DNA of 64,000 nucleotides from Dehalococcoidia bacterium (GTDB lineage Bacteria > Chloroflexota > Dehalococcoidia > Lucifugimonadales > Australimonadaceae): positions 5,654 through 69,653 of the forward strand of contig DAOUHT010000140.1 of assembly GCA_034428375.1 (NCBI GenBank), written 5' to 3'. A program made the position numbers and the translations under genes. Each line of letters starts with the position of its first letter. The first letter of the stretch is position 1. Positions 24,817 through 34,382 of this stretch are shown piece by piece. A model generated the notes under the pieces. That model had not been told where the DNA came from. It ran no database searches and saw nothing but the letters and a program-made list of their open reading frames with translations.

Positions 24817-26577
24817 TCAAGAGTTCGAGCGCTCATCTGGTGTCTCATTCTGTTGCACTGGAGTCTCCGCAGGGAGCGACCAACGCCATTCACCGGAACC
24901 GTGACGTCCACCAAGTACGCTCGCACGGGTGCATACGACGTTACAGGCGGCGCGGGCGCGGAAGAGGGTGCGGCGGGATATGCCCTGCATGGCGGCTTCG
25001 CGTTCGATGGCGGCGGCTGGCTTGGGGCCGCCGGCCAGGGCGCGTAGAAGGAAAGCCTGTGCTGCGCGAACCTTTGCGCCGTGGTCACGGTTGGGGTCAG
25101 CGAGGGCTTGGAGGTGTGCGGGGAAGACGGGCTTGCGCCAGGCGACGGTGAAATTGTGGGACAGGGGGCTCTGGATTCCCGCTTTCGCGGGAATGACGGA
25201 GGAAGCGGGAATGACGGAGGAAGGGGGAATGACGGAGGAAGGGGGGATGACGGGGGAAGGGGAGCCGGCAGAGGATGGGGAGCCAGGGGCCAGGCTGCGA
25301 GGTTCCTGCCTCCGCAGGAACGACGAGGGCTGCGAGGGCGAAAGGGCGAAGGGGATGGCGGGGGCGTCGTCGCCCATGGGGGGACGGAGTGGGACGAGGA
25401 AGCGCCGCTCGCCAGGCCCGACGACGGCGGTGGTGAAGACGACGGAGGCCTGAGCGAGGCGGCGCTGCATGGCGGTGAGAGCGCGGGGGTAGTCCTGCGC
25501 GGGGTTGTGGGTGAGTGCTATGACGGCTGCGCCGGTGCGGGCGGCGAGGGCCTTGAGCATGCCGAGGATGGTGGCAACCTGGGCGCGGTGCATCGAGGCG
25601 AGGTCCTCGACCTGATCGACGATGAGCAGTGCGGCGCTTCCGGCCTCGATGTAGTTGGCCAGACGTCCCATGACGTGGCTGAGGCCGGGCCAGGGAGCAG
25701 CGAGTTTCGGCGTGGGAGCCTCGGGTTCCCCGTACAGGGGGAACATCCTGGGGCGTCCGGTGATAGGCGACGGGCGGCCCAGAGGCGTGCCGCGGCTCTT
25801 GACGTCGTCATAGTCCTCGTCTTCGTCGTCCTGGTCGTTCTCGTTGGGCGGGTCGTCGGGGTAGTAGTCGAGGCGGTGGGTCGGGGAGAAGAGGTCGGCG
25901 AGGTAGATGAAGTCGAGGTCCGCGCCGAAGAGGCGGAGGGTGGGGAGGATGTCGGCCTTCGGGTTGCTATTGAGGGATGCGAGGACGACGGGGGCGGCGG
26001 GAAACGCGGCGTCCGGCTGATCGGGCGCGGGAGCGCCTCGTGTAACGCGGGCGGCGATGTCGAGGGCGATGGAGGTCTTGCCTGAGGAGGGATACCCGGC
26101 GATGAGGGTGAGCTTGGCGAGGGGGATGCGGTTGGGCCAGAGCCAGTCCTGGGGTTGCTGGATGAAGAATGCGAAGGGGTCCAGGCCGGCCTCGACCGCG
26201 CCTGTGGAGGTGTAGAGGCGGATGAGCGGCATGAGGCCGCGCTTTGCGAGGGCCTCCCACACTTTATCGGACGGGCAGCGGGTGCACTCGAACGAGAAGC
26301 CGGTGTCCTCGTCGTAGGAGACGGAGAGGGTGGGGACCATGGGGTTGGGGTGCGTTGGGCAGTGAAGCCTGGGACCGCCTTCGCAGTCGCAGCCGGGTAC
26401 GCCGCAGCGGAGTGCGCGCTCGACGCGGGCGAGGTATGCCCTGTCCTTCGGCGGGAGGGTGTCTCGGTCTATGCGGTTGTCGGGTGCAGGGGTCGGGTAG
26501 TAGATCGCCATGGGGACATGGTAGGGAGGGGTGTGGCGCCCGCGCAACGGGCGCGTGTCACAATCCGGATAACTCAC
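24817..26577 (-). CDS. RepA/DnaB-like AAA ATPase (AAA_25-like) with N-terminal Cys/His cluster, C-terminal HTH-like region and repeat-derived linker
   Basis: The N-terminus has [20 protein letters not shown]...CTRC. Walker A is [20 protein letters not shown], and Walker-B-like is [12 protein letters not shown]. The C-terminus, [25 protein letters not shown], resembles the HTH tails of mobile-element RepA/primase-helicases. The start is ambiguous between GTG 26577 and ATG 26511. Confidence 0.65.
   Translation of the reverse strand: MSYPDCDTRPLRGRHTPPYHVPMAIYYPTPAPDNRIDRDTLPPKDRAYLARVERALRCGVPGCDCEGGPRLHCPTHPNPMVPTLSVSYDEDTGFSFECTRCPSDKVWEALAKRGLMPLIRLYTSTGAVEAGLDPFAFFIQQPQDWLWPNRIPLAKLTLIAGYPSSGKTSIALDIAARVTRGAPAPDQPDAAFPAAPVVLASLNSNPKADILPTLRLFGADLDFIYLADLFSPTHRLDYYPDDPPNENDQDDEDEDYDDVKSRGTPLGRPSPITGRPRMFPLYGEPEAPTPKLAAPWPGLSHVMGRLANYIEAGSAALLIVDQVEDLASMHRAQVATILGMLKALAARTGAAVIALTHNPAQDYPRALTAMQRRLAQASVVFTTAVVGPGERRFLVPLRPPMGDDAPAIPFALSPSQPSSFLRRQEPRSLAPGSPSSAGSPSPVIPPSSVIPPSSVIPASSVIPAKAGIQSPLSHNFTVAWRKPVFPAHLQALADPNRDHGAKVRAAQAFLLRALAGGPKPAAAIEREAAMQGISRRTLFRARAACNVVCTRASVLGGRHGSGEWRWSLPAETPVQQNETPDERSNS
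25189..25260. repeat. 4 x 18-nt tandem repeat inside the ATPase CDS
   Basis: The units are GGGAATGACGGAGGAAGC, GGGAATGACGGAGGAAGG, GGGAATGACGGAGGAAGG and GGGGATGACGGGGGAAGG, head to tail. On the minus strand they encode [22 protein letters not shown]. The unit matches the arm of the ATTCCCGCTTTCGCGGGAATGACGG palindromic element at 25175-25199. Confidence 0.9.
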
Positions 26578-26639
26578 ATGGATGCACAGGATTGGGGGGG
26601 GCTGCGGGGCGCGGGGGGCCTCACCCGACGCGCAGGCGC

Positions 26640-26740
26640 GTCTACCTCTCCCCAGGGAGGGCGTGGGAGTGACGAATGTAGCACTCCGTATCCGACCTGC
26701 CCCCCTCGCCCGCCGGGCGGGCGAGGGCAGGGGGCGCCAC
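26640..26740. repeat. GC-rich palindromic repeats upstream of rplU
   Basis: A perfect 11-bp stem, CCCTCGCCCGC-cgg-GCGGGCGAGGG, lies at 26703-26727. CTCTCCCCAGGGAGGG lies at ~26647-26662. Confidence 0.55.
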
Positions 26741-26789
26741 GCTCCCCTTGCCCTCCCGCACCCCTATCGCTTAGAATCTCTTGGTTGCC

Positions 26790-27107
26790 ATGAACTACGC
26801 CATCATAGAAACAGGTGGGAAGCAGTACCGCGTCCAGGAGGGCGACTCCATAACCGTGGAGAAACTTCCTGGCGAGGAGGGCGGCACCGTCGAACTCGAC
26901 AATGTACTGCTCGTCTCGAAGGACGCGAAGGTAACCGTCGGCCAACCCCGCGTGGACGGCGCGAAGGTCGTCGCGGAGGTAGCGCGCCAGGGCAAGGCGG
27001 ACAAGCTCGTCATCCTCAAGTACAAGCCCAAGACCCGCTACCACGTCAAGAGCGGACATCGCCAGCCGGTTACCAGACTCTCCATCAAGCAGATCGTCGC
27101 CGGATAG
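26790..27107 (+). CDS. rplU: 50S ribosomal protein L21
   Basis: [26 protein letters not shown]...[23 protein letters not shown]. Confidence 0.95.
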   Translation: MNYAIIETGGKQYRVQEGDSITVEKLPGEEGGTVELDNVLLVSKDAKVTVGQPRVDGAKVVAEVARQGKADKLVILKYKPKTRYHVKSGHRQPVTRLSIKQIVAG

Positions 27108-27118
27108 GAGGCTCACTC

Positions 27119-27373
27119 GTGGCGCACAAGAAAGCGGGCGGAAGCAGCCGGAACGGCCGGGACAGCCACGGCCAGCGGCTCGGCGTCAAGCGGTTCGCGG
27201 GTGAGAGCGTCCGCGCCGGGACCATCATCGCGCGCCAGCGCGGCACGAAGATCCACCCCGGCGTCAACGTCGGCATGGGACGGGACTTCACCCTCTACGC
27301 CCTCGTGGACGGCCGGGTGATGTTCGACCACGCCAACAAGCTGCGCAAACGCGCCAACGTGTCGCCGGCATAG
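27119..27373 (+). CDS. rpmA: 50S ribosomal protein L27
   Basis: A GTG start gives [52 protein letters not shown]. Confidence 0.95.
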   Translation: MAHKKAGGSSRNGRDSHGQRLGVKRFAGESVRAGTIIARQRGTKIHPGVNVGMGRDFTLYALVDGRVMFDHANKLRKRANVSPA

Positions 27374-27389
27374 CAGGAGCACGCGAGCG

Positions 27390-27593
27390 ATGAAGACAGA
27401 GATTCACCCCGACTACTACCCCGACGCCGTCGTGAACTGCTCCTGCGGGAACACCTTCACCATCGGCGCGACGAAACCGCAGATCAAGGTCGAGATATGC
27501 AGCTCCTGCCACCCGTTCTTCACCGGTGAGCAGCGCATCGTCGACACCGAAGGCCGCGTGGAGCGCTTGAAGAGGCGCTTCAACCTCCAGTAG
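27390..27593 (+). CDS. rpmE: 50S ribosomal protein L31 (Cys-containing form)
   Basis: [49 protein letters not shown]. Confidence 0.95.
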   Translation: MKTEIHPDYYPDAVVNCSCGNTFTIGATKPQIKVEICSSCHPFFTGEQRIVDTEGRVERLKRRFNLQ

Positions 27594-27625
27594 GACCCCA
27601 CCGTGTTCCTCTCTCCTCGGTACTA

Positions 27626-27680
27626 TCCCCTGTCCCTTGATGGGAGAGGGCTAGGGTGAGGGTGAAGGACAGGGTGAAGG
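27626..27680 (+). repeat. interspersed repeat (hairpin + GGGTGAGGGT family)
   Basis: CCCCTGTCCCttgatGGGAGAGGGctaGGGTGAGGGTGAAGGacaGGGTGAAGG lies directly after rpmE and may double as a terminator-like hairpin. Confidence 0.7.
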
Positions 27681-27692
27681 CTGGCTGAGGGC

Positions 27693-28607
27693 ATGGCGCA
27701 GGCACAACAGCATTCGGTCTACGGAGGCCAGGCCGTCATCGAGGGCGTGATGATCCGCGGGCGGCACGTCTACTCCGTGGCCGCGCGGCACCCCACCGGC
27801 ATCATCAAGACCATCACCCGCCCCGTCCCCACCTGGAGCGTCAACCGCTTCCGCCGCATCCCCTTCATCCGAGGCACCCTCGTCCTCTCCGAATCCCTCA
27901 TCGTCGGCATGCGAGCACTCACCTGGTCCGCCCAGGTCTCCTCCGGCGAGACCGAGGAAGACGAGCAGCCCATCCCGCCCCTCGCGATGGCGCTCACCCT
28001 CGCGACCTCCCTCGTCCTCGGCATCGGCCTCTTCTTCATCCTCCCCCTGCTCATCACCCACGGCTACGTCGACCGCTTCACCGACAACTCCATCCTCAGC
28101 AACACGGCGGAGGGCGTCCTGCGCCTCGCCGTCTTCTTCGCCTACCTCACCCTCATCGGCCTCATGCCGAGCATCAAGCGCGTCTTCGGCTACCACGCGG
28201 CTGAGCACATGACCGTCCATGCCCAGGAGGCCCGGCTGCCGCTGGAGAGCGAGAACGTGCGGCTCTTCCCCGCCGCGCACCCGCGCTGCGGGACCGCGTT
28301 CCTGCTCACCGTCATGATCGTCTCCATCATCGTGTTCGCGTTTCTCGGCACGCCGGACCTGCCCATCCGCATCGCCTCCCGCATCATCCTCATCCCCGTC
28401 ATAGCGGGCGTCTCCTACGAGGTGATACGCATGAACGCCGCGCACGCCGGCAACGCCATCGTGCGCGCAGGCACCCTCCCCAGCCTCGCCCTCCAGTCGA
28501 TGACCACCCGCCCCCCTGACGACGGTCAGATCGAGGTCGCTATCGCCGCCATGAACGCCGCCGTCGAGGGCGACGTGCAGGCCGAGGCCGCAGCCGCGAA
28601 CGCGTAG
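27693..28607 (+). CDS. DUF1385 domain-containing membrane protein
   Basis: SVYGGQAVIEGVMIRG...FGYHAAEHMTVHA...HPRCGTAFLL. It follows rpmE, as is common. Confidence 0.85.
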   Translation: MAQAQQHSVYGGQAVIEGVMIRGRHVYSVAARHPTGIIKTITRPVPTWSVNRFRRIPFIRGTLVLSESLIVGMRALTWSAQVSSGETEEDEQPIPPLAMALTLATSLVLGIGLFFILPLLITHGYVDRFTDNSILSNTAEGVLRLAVFFAYLTLIGLMPSIKRVFGYHAAEHMTVHAQEARLPLESENVRLFPAAHPRCGTAFLLTVMIVSIIVFAFLGTPDLPIRIASRIILIPVIAGVSYEVIRMNAAHAGNAIVRAGTLPSLALQSMTTRPPDDGQIEVAIAAMNAAVEGDVQAEAAAANA

Positions 28608-28611
28608 CCTC

Positions 28612-30327
28612 CTACCCGAGCGCCTTCCCCTGTGCCGCGCGCTCCAACATCTCCCGCGCGACCTGCCCCACCGCCGCCCCGCTCCCCAGCATCCCCGCGA
28701 CCTCCCCGACGCGCTCCTCCTCGCTCAGCGACTCCGCCCCCGAGTACGTCCGCCCGTCCTCCACCGCCTTCCCCACCCGGAAGTGCGTGTCCGCCCACGC
28801 GGCTATCTGCGGCAGATGCGTCACGCACAGCACCTGCGCCCGCCTGCCGACCGTCCACAGCTTCCTCCCCACCACCTCCCCGGCGCGGCTACCGATGCCC
28901 GCGTCTATCTCGTCGAACACCAGCGACGGCGCGCCGGACACTGTTTGCAGCGCGCTGTTGAGCGCCAGCATCATCCGCGACGTCTCTCCGCCCGACGCTA
29001 CCTTCGCCAGCGGGCGCGACTCCTCTCCCGGGTTCGTCCGCGCCGAGAACGTGACCCTGTCTATCCCACTCCCGGAGAGGGCGTAGCGCCGCCCGTCCGG
29101 AGCGGGCAGGCCGTCGTCCGCCTCGTCTTGCTCGACCGCGATGTCGAACGACGCACGTTCCAGCCCCACCTCCCGCAGTTCCTCCGCGACCGCCTTGCCC
29201 AACGCAGCCGCCGCACTCCTCCGCGCCTCGGACAACCCCCAGGCAAGCGCTCCCGCGCTCCGAGACGCTTCGTCCAGCGCGCGCTCCAATTCTCCCCGGC
29301 GTACGTCAGCCGTCTCGATGCGCTCCAGCTGCGTACGGGCATCCTCGGCGAATGCGAGCACCGCGGACTCAGAGCCGCCGTACTTGCGCTTGAGGCGTCG
29401 CAGCAGCTCGACGCGCTCCTCTATCTCGGCCAGCCGCGCCGGGTCCGACTCGACGCTCTCCGCGAGGCGTCGTACCTCCCGTGCGGCGTCGCCAAGCTGC
29501 ACGCGCGCGGACTCGAGCGCCTCGATCTGCGCGCCCAGCGCGTCAGCGGCGCCCGGAGCGCGCCGCAGGTGGTCCAGCGCCTCCGCCGCGAGGTCTGCCG
29601 CGTTGCGGTCGCCCTCGCTCAGCGCCTCGTACGCGGCAGCGCAGGCGTCGCGCACGCTCTCGGCATGCTCCAGCACGTTGCGCTCGCGCAGCAGCGCCTC
29701 CTCCTCCCCATCCAATGGAGCGGCGGCCTCGATCTCGTCCACCTGGAATGCCAGCAGGTCGCGCCGCTGCTCCGCCTCCCGTATCGCTGCTTCTGCGTCG
29801 TCGAGTTCGCCCTGCACGCGGCGCGTCTCCGAGACCGCACGCTCGACAGCGTCGCGCCGCTCGCCGAGACCGCCGAAGTCGTCCAGCACTCGCATCTGGA
29901 AGCGCGGCTCGAGCAGCGAGAGGTGCGACCCTTGCCCATGGATGTCGACCAGCGCCCCGCCGACCGCACGCAGGGTGCTCACCGGCACGGCGCGCCCGTT
30001 CAGGCGCGAGACCGTCCGCCCTTCCAGGTGCACCTCGCGGAACAGCACGGCGACCCCATCCTCGTCGTCCACCTCCACTCCGAGTTCCGCGAGCGCTTCC
30101 CTTGTGCGTGGCTCGTCCACCGCGAAGACCGCCTCGACGCTCATGGAGCCTGCACCGCGCCGCATCATCCCCCGGTCCGCCGCTCCGCCGAGCACGAATG
30201 CGAGCGCGTCCACCAGCAGCGACTTGCCCGCTCCCGTCTCGCCGGTGATGACGTTCAACCCCGGCCCGAACAAGAGGCGCGTCTCCTCTATGACGGCGAG
30301 GTTGCGGACGGTGAGTTCAGCCAGCAT
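28612..30327 (-). CDS. recN: DNA repair protein RecN
   Basis: MLAELTVRNLAVIEETRLLFGPGLNVITGETGAGKSLLVDAL...ASGGETSRMMLAL...LVFDEIDAGIG. Confidence 0.92.
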   Translation of the reverse strand: MLAELTVRNLAVIEETRLLFGPGLNVITGETGAGKSLLVDALAFVLGGAADRGMMRRGAGSMSVEAVFAVDEPRTREALAELGVEVDDEDGVAVLFREVHLEGRTVSRLNGRAVPVSTLRAVGGALVDIHGQGSHLSLLEPRFQMRVLDDFGGLGERRDAVERAVSETRRVQGELDDAEAAIREAEQRRDLLAFQVDEIEAAAPLDGEEEALLRERNVLEHAESVRDACAAAYEALSEGDRNAADLAAEALDHLRRAPGAADALGAQIEALESARVQLGDAAREVRRLAESVESDPARLAEIEERVELLRRLKRKYGGSESAVLAFAEDARTQLERIETADVRRGELERALDEASRSAGALAWGLSEARRSAAAALGKAVAEELREVGLERASFDIAVEQDEADDGLPAPDGRRYALSGSGIDRVTFSARTNPGEESRPLAKVASGGETSRMMLALNSALQTVSGAPSLVFDEIDAGIGSRAGEVVGRKLWTVGRRAQVLCVTHLPQIAAWADTHFRVGKAVEDGRTYSGAESLSEEERVGEVAGMLGSGAAVGQVAREMLERAAQGKALG

Positions 30328-30337
30328 CGTCCGCCGA

Positions 30338-31210
30338 TTATACGTTGGCCCGCCGCCCCTCTCTGCTCCGCACGGCGATGTAGACGCCCAGCAGCAGCAG
30401 AGCCCCGCCGGGCAGCACCGTCCACGGCGGGATCTCGCCCAGCACCGGGATCGCCATCAGCGTCGCCAGCACCGGCTCGGCGCGTACCGCGAGCGTCACG
30501 TTCACCGCGGGCATGTAGCCCAGCGCCCAGTTCAGCAGCGAGTGCCCCACTGCCTGTGGGAGCAGCGCCGCCATCGCCATCCAGAAGTACGACTCCGCCG
30601 GAAGGCCGAACATCGGCGCCCCGCTTCCCACCGCCGCCGCCAGCAGCACGACCGCTGTGACGGCGTACACGATCGTGATGTAGGGCAGGGTAGGGATGCG
30701 TCTGCGCACGCGGCGTCCCACCAGCAGGTAGCCCGCGACTGCCACCGCTCCCCCGAGCGCGAGTGCGTCGCCCAGCAGGTGCCGCTCGCCTTCCGCCCAG
30801 TCCCCGGCCGCGATGATGAAGCCTCCCGCTACGCTCACCGCCACGGCAAGCGCCGTGAGCCGCCCCACCTTGTCCGGCGAGGCGAAGTGCGCCCCGATCG
30901 CCACGAACACGGGCGTCGTCGTGACGAGCAGCACCGAGCTCGCCACCGACGTGTGCGAGAGCGACGTTATCCACAGCGCAAAGTGCGCCGCGAGGAAGAC
31001 GCCGGACCCAACCAGGAGCGGCAGGTCGGAGCGGCGCACAACGGCGAAGTCCTTCCTCCCTGCAATGGCGGCAGTTACGCCGACGATGACGGTGGCGATG
31101 CACATGCGGTACGCCGCCACCGTGAGCGGGGGCGCGTCCGCCAGCCTGATGAAGATGGAGGCGAGCGAAACACTCACGACCCCCACCCCTACCCATACGT
31201 ACACCATCAC
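30338..31210 (-). CDS. EamA/DMT family transporter
   Basis: The 290-aa ORF shows about 10 hydrophobic segments and an internal two-fold EamA-like pattern. Confidence 0.75.
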   Translation of the reverse strand: MMVYVWVGVGVVSVSLASIFIRLADAPPLTVAAYRMCIATVIVGVTAAIAGRKDFAVVRRSDLPLLVGSGVFLAAHFALWITSLSHTSVASSVLLVTTTPVFVAIGAHFASPDKVGRLTALAVAVSVAGGFIIAAGDWAEGERHLLGDALALGGAVAVAGYLLVGRRVRRRIPTLPYITIVYAVTAVVLLAAAVGSGAPMFGLPAESYFWMAMAALLPQAVGHSLLNWALGYMPAVNVTLAVRAEPVLATLMAIPVLGEIPPWTVLPGGALLLLGVYIAVRSREGRRANV

Positions 31211-31340
31211 TGGGAACAGGTTATCTTTCTGCCAAGCAAACGTCTCTCGCCTGCTCAGGCTGCTTCGCAGGCTGGAGGTTGGGCAGTCAGCTGCTCTGAA
31301 CGCGCAGCAGGCGTGGGGCTGGTAACCTTAAAGTCACCCC

Positions 31341-32615
31341 ATGCAACCACCTCGACAACGCACCGAGCCGTCCGACCGCCCGAGGCAAGCCAGAGGCTGG
31401 GCCGGGACGTTCTCCGCGCTCCGCTACCGCAACTTCCGGCTCCTCTGGTTCGGTACGCTCTTCATGAGCAGCGGTACCTGGATCCAGCAGGTAACGCTCG
31501 GTTGGCTGGCGTACGAGATGACCGGGTCACCGGTGCAGGTGTCCATCGTGCTGGGGTTGCGCGCCCTGCCGATGCTCGGGGCGCCCATCGCAGGAGTCAT
31601 CGCCGACAAGTTCGACCGCCGCGTCGTCCTCCTCCTGGACCAGTTCTACCTGGCCCTTCTTGCCGTCATATTCGCTGCCATCCTCCAGTTGGGGTTCGTG
31701 GAGCTTTGGCACTTACACGCCTTCTCGTTCCTCACTGGCGCCGGTTGGGCGCTGAACAACCCCCTGCGGCAGACGCTCGTGGGCAACTCGGTCCCGCGCG
31801 ACCGGCTCATGAACGCAATAGCCCTGAACTCAATGGCGTTCAACTCCATGCGCATGATCGGCCCCGGTATCGCGGGCGGCATGATTGCGCTGCTGGGGCC
31901 GGAGGTGAACTTCATCCTGCAGGCAGTGATGTATGGCGCCGTCGTTCTGCTTGTGCTCCCGTTCCGCGCTGAGTTCGCTGAGGGACGGGAAGGGCGCAAG
32001 CAGCAGTCGCCGCTCGCTGACCTGCGAGAAGGATTGGCCTACGTTGCGCGGGAATCCGTGCCTCGTTATGCCATCATCCTCAGTCTGATACCGACGCTCA
32101 CGCTGATGGCGTTCATCCAGACCCAGATGCCCGTATTCGTCGCGGAGGACCTGGGCGACTCGGAAGGCGCGCTGCTTGGCTTCATGTACGTCGGCATGGG
32201 TGTGGGCGGTTTCGTTGGGGCGGTGTTCGTTGCGCGGTTCCATGCGATCGAACACAAGGGACGGCTTTCGCTATTCGGGGTTGGAGGAGCGGCGTTGGCC
32301 GTGCTTGCGCTGTCGCAGGTGGACGTTTGGTGGCATGCCTGGGCCATCCTCGTCGTGCAGCAGCTCTTCTTCATCATGGTGATGACCACCAACAACAGCA
32401 TTCTGCAGTCCGTGACGCCGGACTACATGCGCGGGCGCGTGATGGGCATCTACATGCTGGACGTGGGGATGCAGCCGCTCGGGGGCGTCATCGCAGGGAT
32501 AATCGCCGAGGACTACGGTGTGTCCACGGCCTGGCTGCTGGGGGGCGCGGTGGGATTGGTGCTGGTCATCCTCGTCACCGCGATTGCACCGTCGTTCAGG
32601 CGCCTGCGGCTGTAG
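31341..32615 (+). CDS. MFS transporter
   Basis: ALRYRNFRLLWFGTLFMSSGTWIQQVTLGWLAYEMTGS... with about 12 TM segments. It is a paralog of 49293..50555. Confidence 0.8.
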   Translation: MQPPRQRTEPSDRPRQARGWAGTFSALRYRNFRLLWFGTLFMSSGTWIQQVTLGWLAYEMTGSPVQVSIVLGLRALPMLGAPIAGVIADKFDRRVVLLLDQFYLALLAVIFAAILQLGFVELWHLHAFSFLTGAGWALNNPLRQTLVGNSVPRDRLMNAIALNSMAFNSMRMIGPGIAGGMIALLGPEVNFILQAVMYGAVVLLVLPFRAEFAEGREGRKQQSPLADLREGLAYVARESVPRYAIILSLIPTLTLMAFIQTQMPVFVAEDLGDSEGALLGFMYVGMGVGGFVGAVFVARFHAIEHKGRLSLFGVGGAALAVLALSQVDVWWHAWAILVVQQLFFIMVMTTNNSILQSVTPDYMRGRVMGIYMLDVGMQPLGGVIAGIIAEDYGVSTAWLLGGAVGLVLVILVTAIAPSFRRLRL

Positions 32616-33981
32616 CGAGCGCCGCCGAGACAGCATCCGCCAGCTCGATGTCGCGCTCCGGGGGAACGGTGCGCAGGTCGAGCAGCAGCAGTTCGTCCTC
32701 GATGCGCGCAACCACAGGGGGCGACCCCGCCCGGAGCCGCCGTGCGAGTTCATCGGGGCCGCCCACAGGCGAGGCGTCGACGCTGACGAGCCGTGACGGC
32801 AGCTCATCTGTCGGCAGGCTACCCCCGCCGAGCCTCGACGAGCCATCCACAACTGACGCCAGTTCTCCGATCTGCTCCGCGACTGCTCGCGCTCGCTCGC
32901 CCAACTCTTCCTGCGATGCCGCGATCATGCGCCAGACCGGTATCTGCTGCATGGCGTCGCCGCGTACGTAGTGGAGCAGCGTGCGGTGCAGCGCCGCGAG
33001 CGTCAGCTTGTCGGCGCGCAACGCTCGTGCAAGCGGATGAGCGCGCAACGCCGCTATCAGGTCTGCGCGGCCGGCTGCGAGCCCTGCCTGCGGCCCGCCA
33101 AGCAGCTTGTCGCCCGAGAAGAAGACTACGTCGGCGCCCGCTGCCAGACTCTCCTGCGGCATCGTCTCGTGCCCTATGCCGAACTGCGCCGTGTCCAGCA
33201 GCGCGCCGGAGCCAAGGTCGTGCAGAAGGGGAACGCCATGCCTCGCGCCGACCGCTGCGATGTCCGCCAGCGACGGCTCGTGCGTGAACCCGGTGACACG
33301 GAAGTTGGAGCGGTGCACCACCAGCAGCGCGGCGGTCTGCTGCGTGATGGCGCGCTCGTAGTCTGTCGCGTAGGTGCGATTGACCGTCCCCACTTCCACC
33401 AGCCGTGCGCCGCTCTGCACCAGCACGTCCGGTATCCGGAAGCCGCCGCCTATCTCGCTCGCCTCTCCGCGCGATACGATGACCTCTCGTCCCGCAGCCA
33501 CAGCCGCAAGACCGAGCAGCATCGCCCCCGCGTTGTTGTTGACGGCTATCGCGTCTTCCGCGCCGGTCAGTTGCCGCAGTAGACGCGCGATCGCCCCGTA
33601 CCTGCTGCCGCGCTTGCCGTCCTCCAGGTCCAGCTCGAGGGTCGAATATCCCTCTGAAGCGGCGGCAGCGGCCCGGATGCTCTCCTGAGAGAGAGGAGCG
33701 CGCCCCAGGTTCGTGTGCAGGATGACGCCCGTGGCATTGAGCACATGCACGGGCCAGTCCGCCTCGCTCTGCTGAGTCGCCTTCGCGACGTCTTGCGCTA
33801 CCTCTGCTGCGGTCGGCGGAGCCGTGCCGTTCGCCACGGCGGCGCGCGCTTCGGCGATGCGCTCCCGCACGGCAGAGGTGATGATGTCCTGGCGATAGCC
33901 TTCGGAAAGCAGTGCCGCGACGGCAGGCTGCGCGAGCACGTTGCTCACGGCGGGGAGGTCTCGGAACGCGTTGTCGGCCAT
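32596..33981 (-). CDS. selA: L-seryl-tRNA(Sec) selenium transferase
   Basis: The 461-aa ORF has the N-terminus FRDLPAVSNVLAQPAV, NNNAGAMLL, and the PLP-lysine block VVFFSGDKLLGGPQAGL characteristic of SelA. Its 3' end overlaps the convergent MFS gene by 20 nt. Confidence 0.9.
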   Translation of the reverse strand: MADNAFRDLPAVSNVLAQPAVAALLSEGYRQDIITSAVRERIAEARAAVANGTAPPTAAEVAQDVAKATQQSEADWPVHVLNATGVILHTNLGRAPLSQESIRAAAAASEGYSTLELDLEDGKRGSRYGAIARLLRQLTGAEDAIAVNNNAGAMLLGLAAVAAGREVIVSRGEASEIGGGFRIPDVLVQSGARLVEVGTVNRTYATDYERAITQQTAALLVVHRSNFRVTGFTHEPSLADIAAVGARHGVPLLHDLGSGALLDTAQFGIGHETMPQESLAAGADVVFFSGDKLLGGPQAGLAAGRADLIAALRAHPLARALRADKLTLAALHRTLLHYVRGDAMQQIPVWRMIAASQEELGERARAVAEQIGELASVVDGSSRLGGGSLPTDELPSRLVSVDASPVGGPDELARRLRAGSPPVVARIEDELLLLDLRTVPPERDIELADAVSAALATAAGA

Positions 33982-34077
33982 GTGCTCATGTTAGGGATGA
34001 CGCAAGAGCGGGGCAAGGAACCGGTAGGCATGGAGCGATACCTCAGAGCATTCTTGCCCCTATAATCGAAGGAGCGT

Positions 34078-34163
34078 GCCGAGGTGGCGGAATGGCAGAC
34101 GCCGCGGACTTAAAATCTGCTGTCCATAAGGGCGTGTGGGTTCGAGTCCCACCCTCGGCACCA
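34078..34163 (+). tRNA. tRNA-Leu (anticodon UAA), class II with long variable arm, CCA encoded
   Basis: Acceptor GCCGAGG/CCTCGGC; anticodon stem GCGGA/TCTGC; loop CTTAAAA; T-arm GTGGG-TTCGAGT-CCCAC; discriminator A plus CCA. Confidence 0.9.
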
Positions 34164-34382
34164 AGCGACCCCGATAGGAAGGAACCGCTGGACTGCTATA
34201 GAGTGGTGCGATAGCACCTGATACCTTCGTGCCAAGTTGTGCAGGTACCTGGCGCCTACTCTCGTTGACCCTCTGACTTCCCGAACCTATACTTCATTCT
34301 TGGTTATTCCTGCCCTGAACGCTTCGATTCCTGGCAGGACGGGTGTCGTGTGGGAACTGGGTGAAGCGCATCGGATGCCATC

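Noticed and set aside
26748-26777. A putative rplU promoter (TTGCCC, 18-nt spacer, TAGAAT).
   Set aside because: The -10 match is decent, but the -35 is weak, and it would leave only a ~6-nt leader without an SD. This is too speculative to list as a feature without transcript data.
24433-26789. The RepA-like ATPase segment as an intact integrated mobile element or prophage.
   Set aside because: There is no integrase, transposase, excisionase or structural gene, and no flanking direct repeats that I could identify. At most it is a remnant.
29141-31972. A 943-aa plus-strand ORF, and similar very long ORFs: 61546..63951 minus, 42234..44693 minus, 39347..41278 minus, 28783..30660 plus, 14737..16401 plus.
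   Set aside because: They run antisense to, or out of frame with, genes that have clear family signatures (recN, EamA, Rieske, D-aminoacylase, hyuB, DAK2). Their translations are Arg/Ala/Pro/Gly-rich low-complexity sequence typical of stop-poor frames in high-GC DNA.
34078-34163. The class II tRNA beside selA might have been tRNA-Sec (selC).
   Set aside because: The anticodon loop is CTTAAAA, giving anticodon UAA (Leu). The acceptor stem is 7 bp and the T stem 5 bp, which is normal geometry rather than the 8/5 of bacterial tRNA-Sec.
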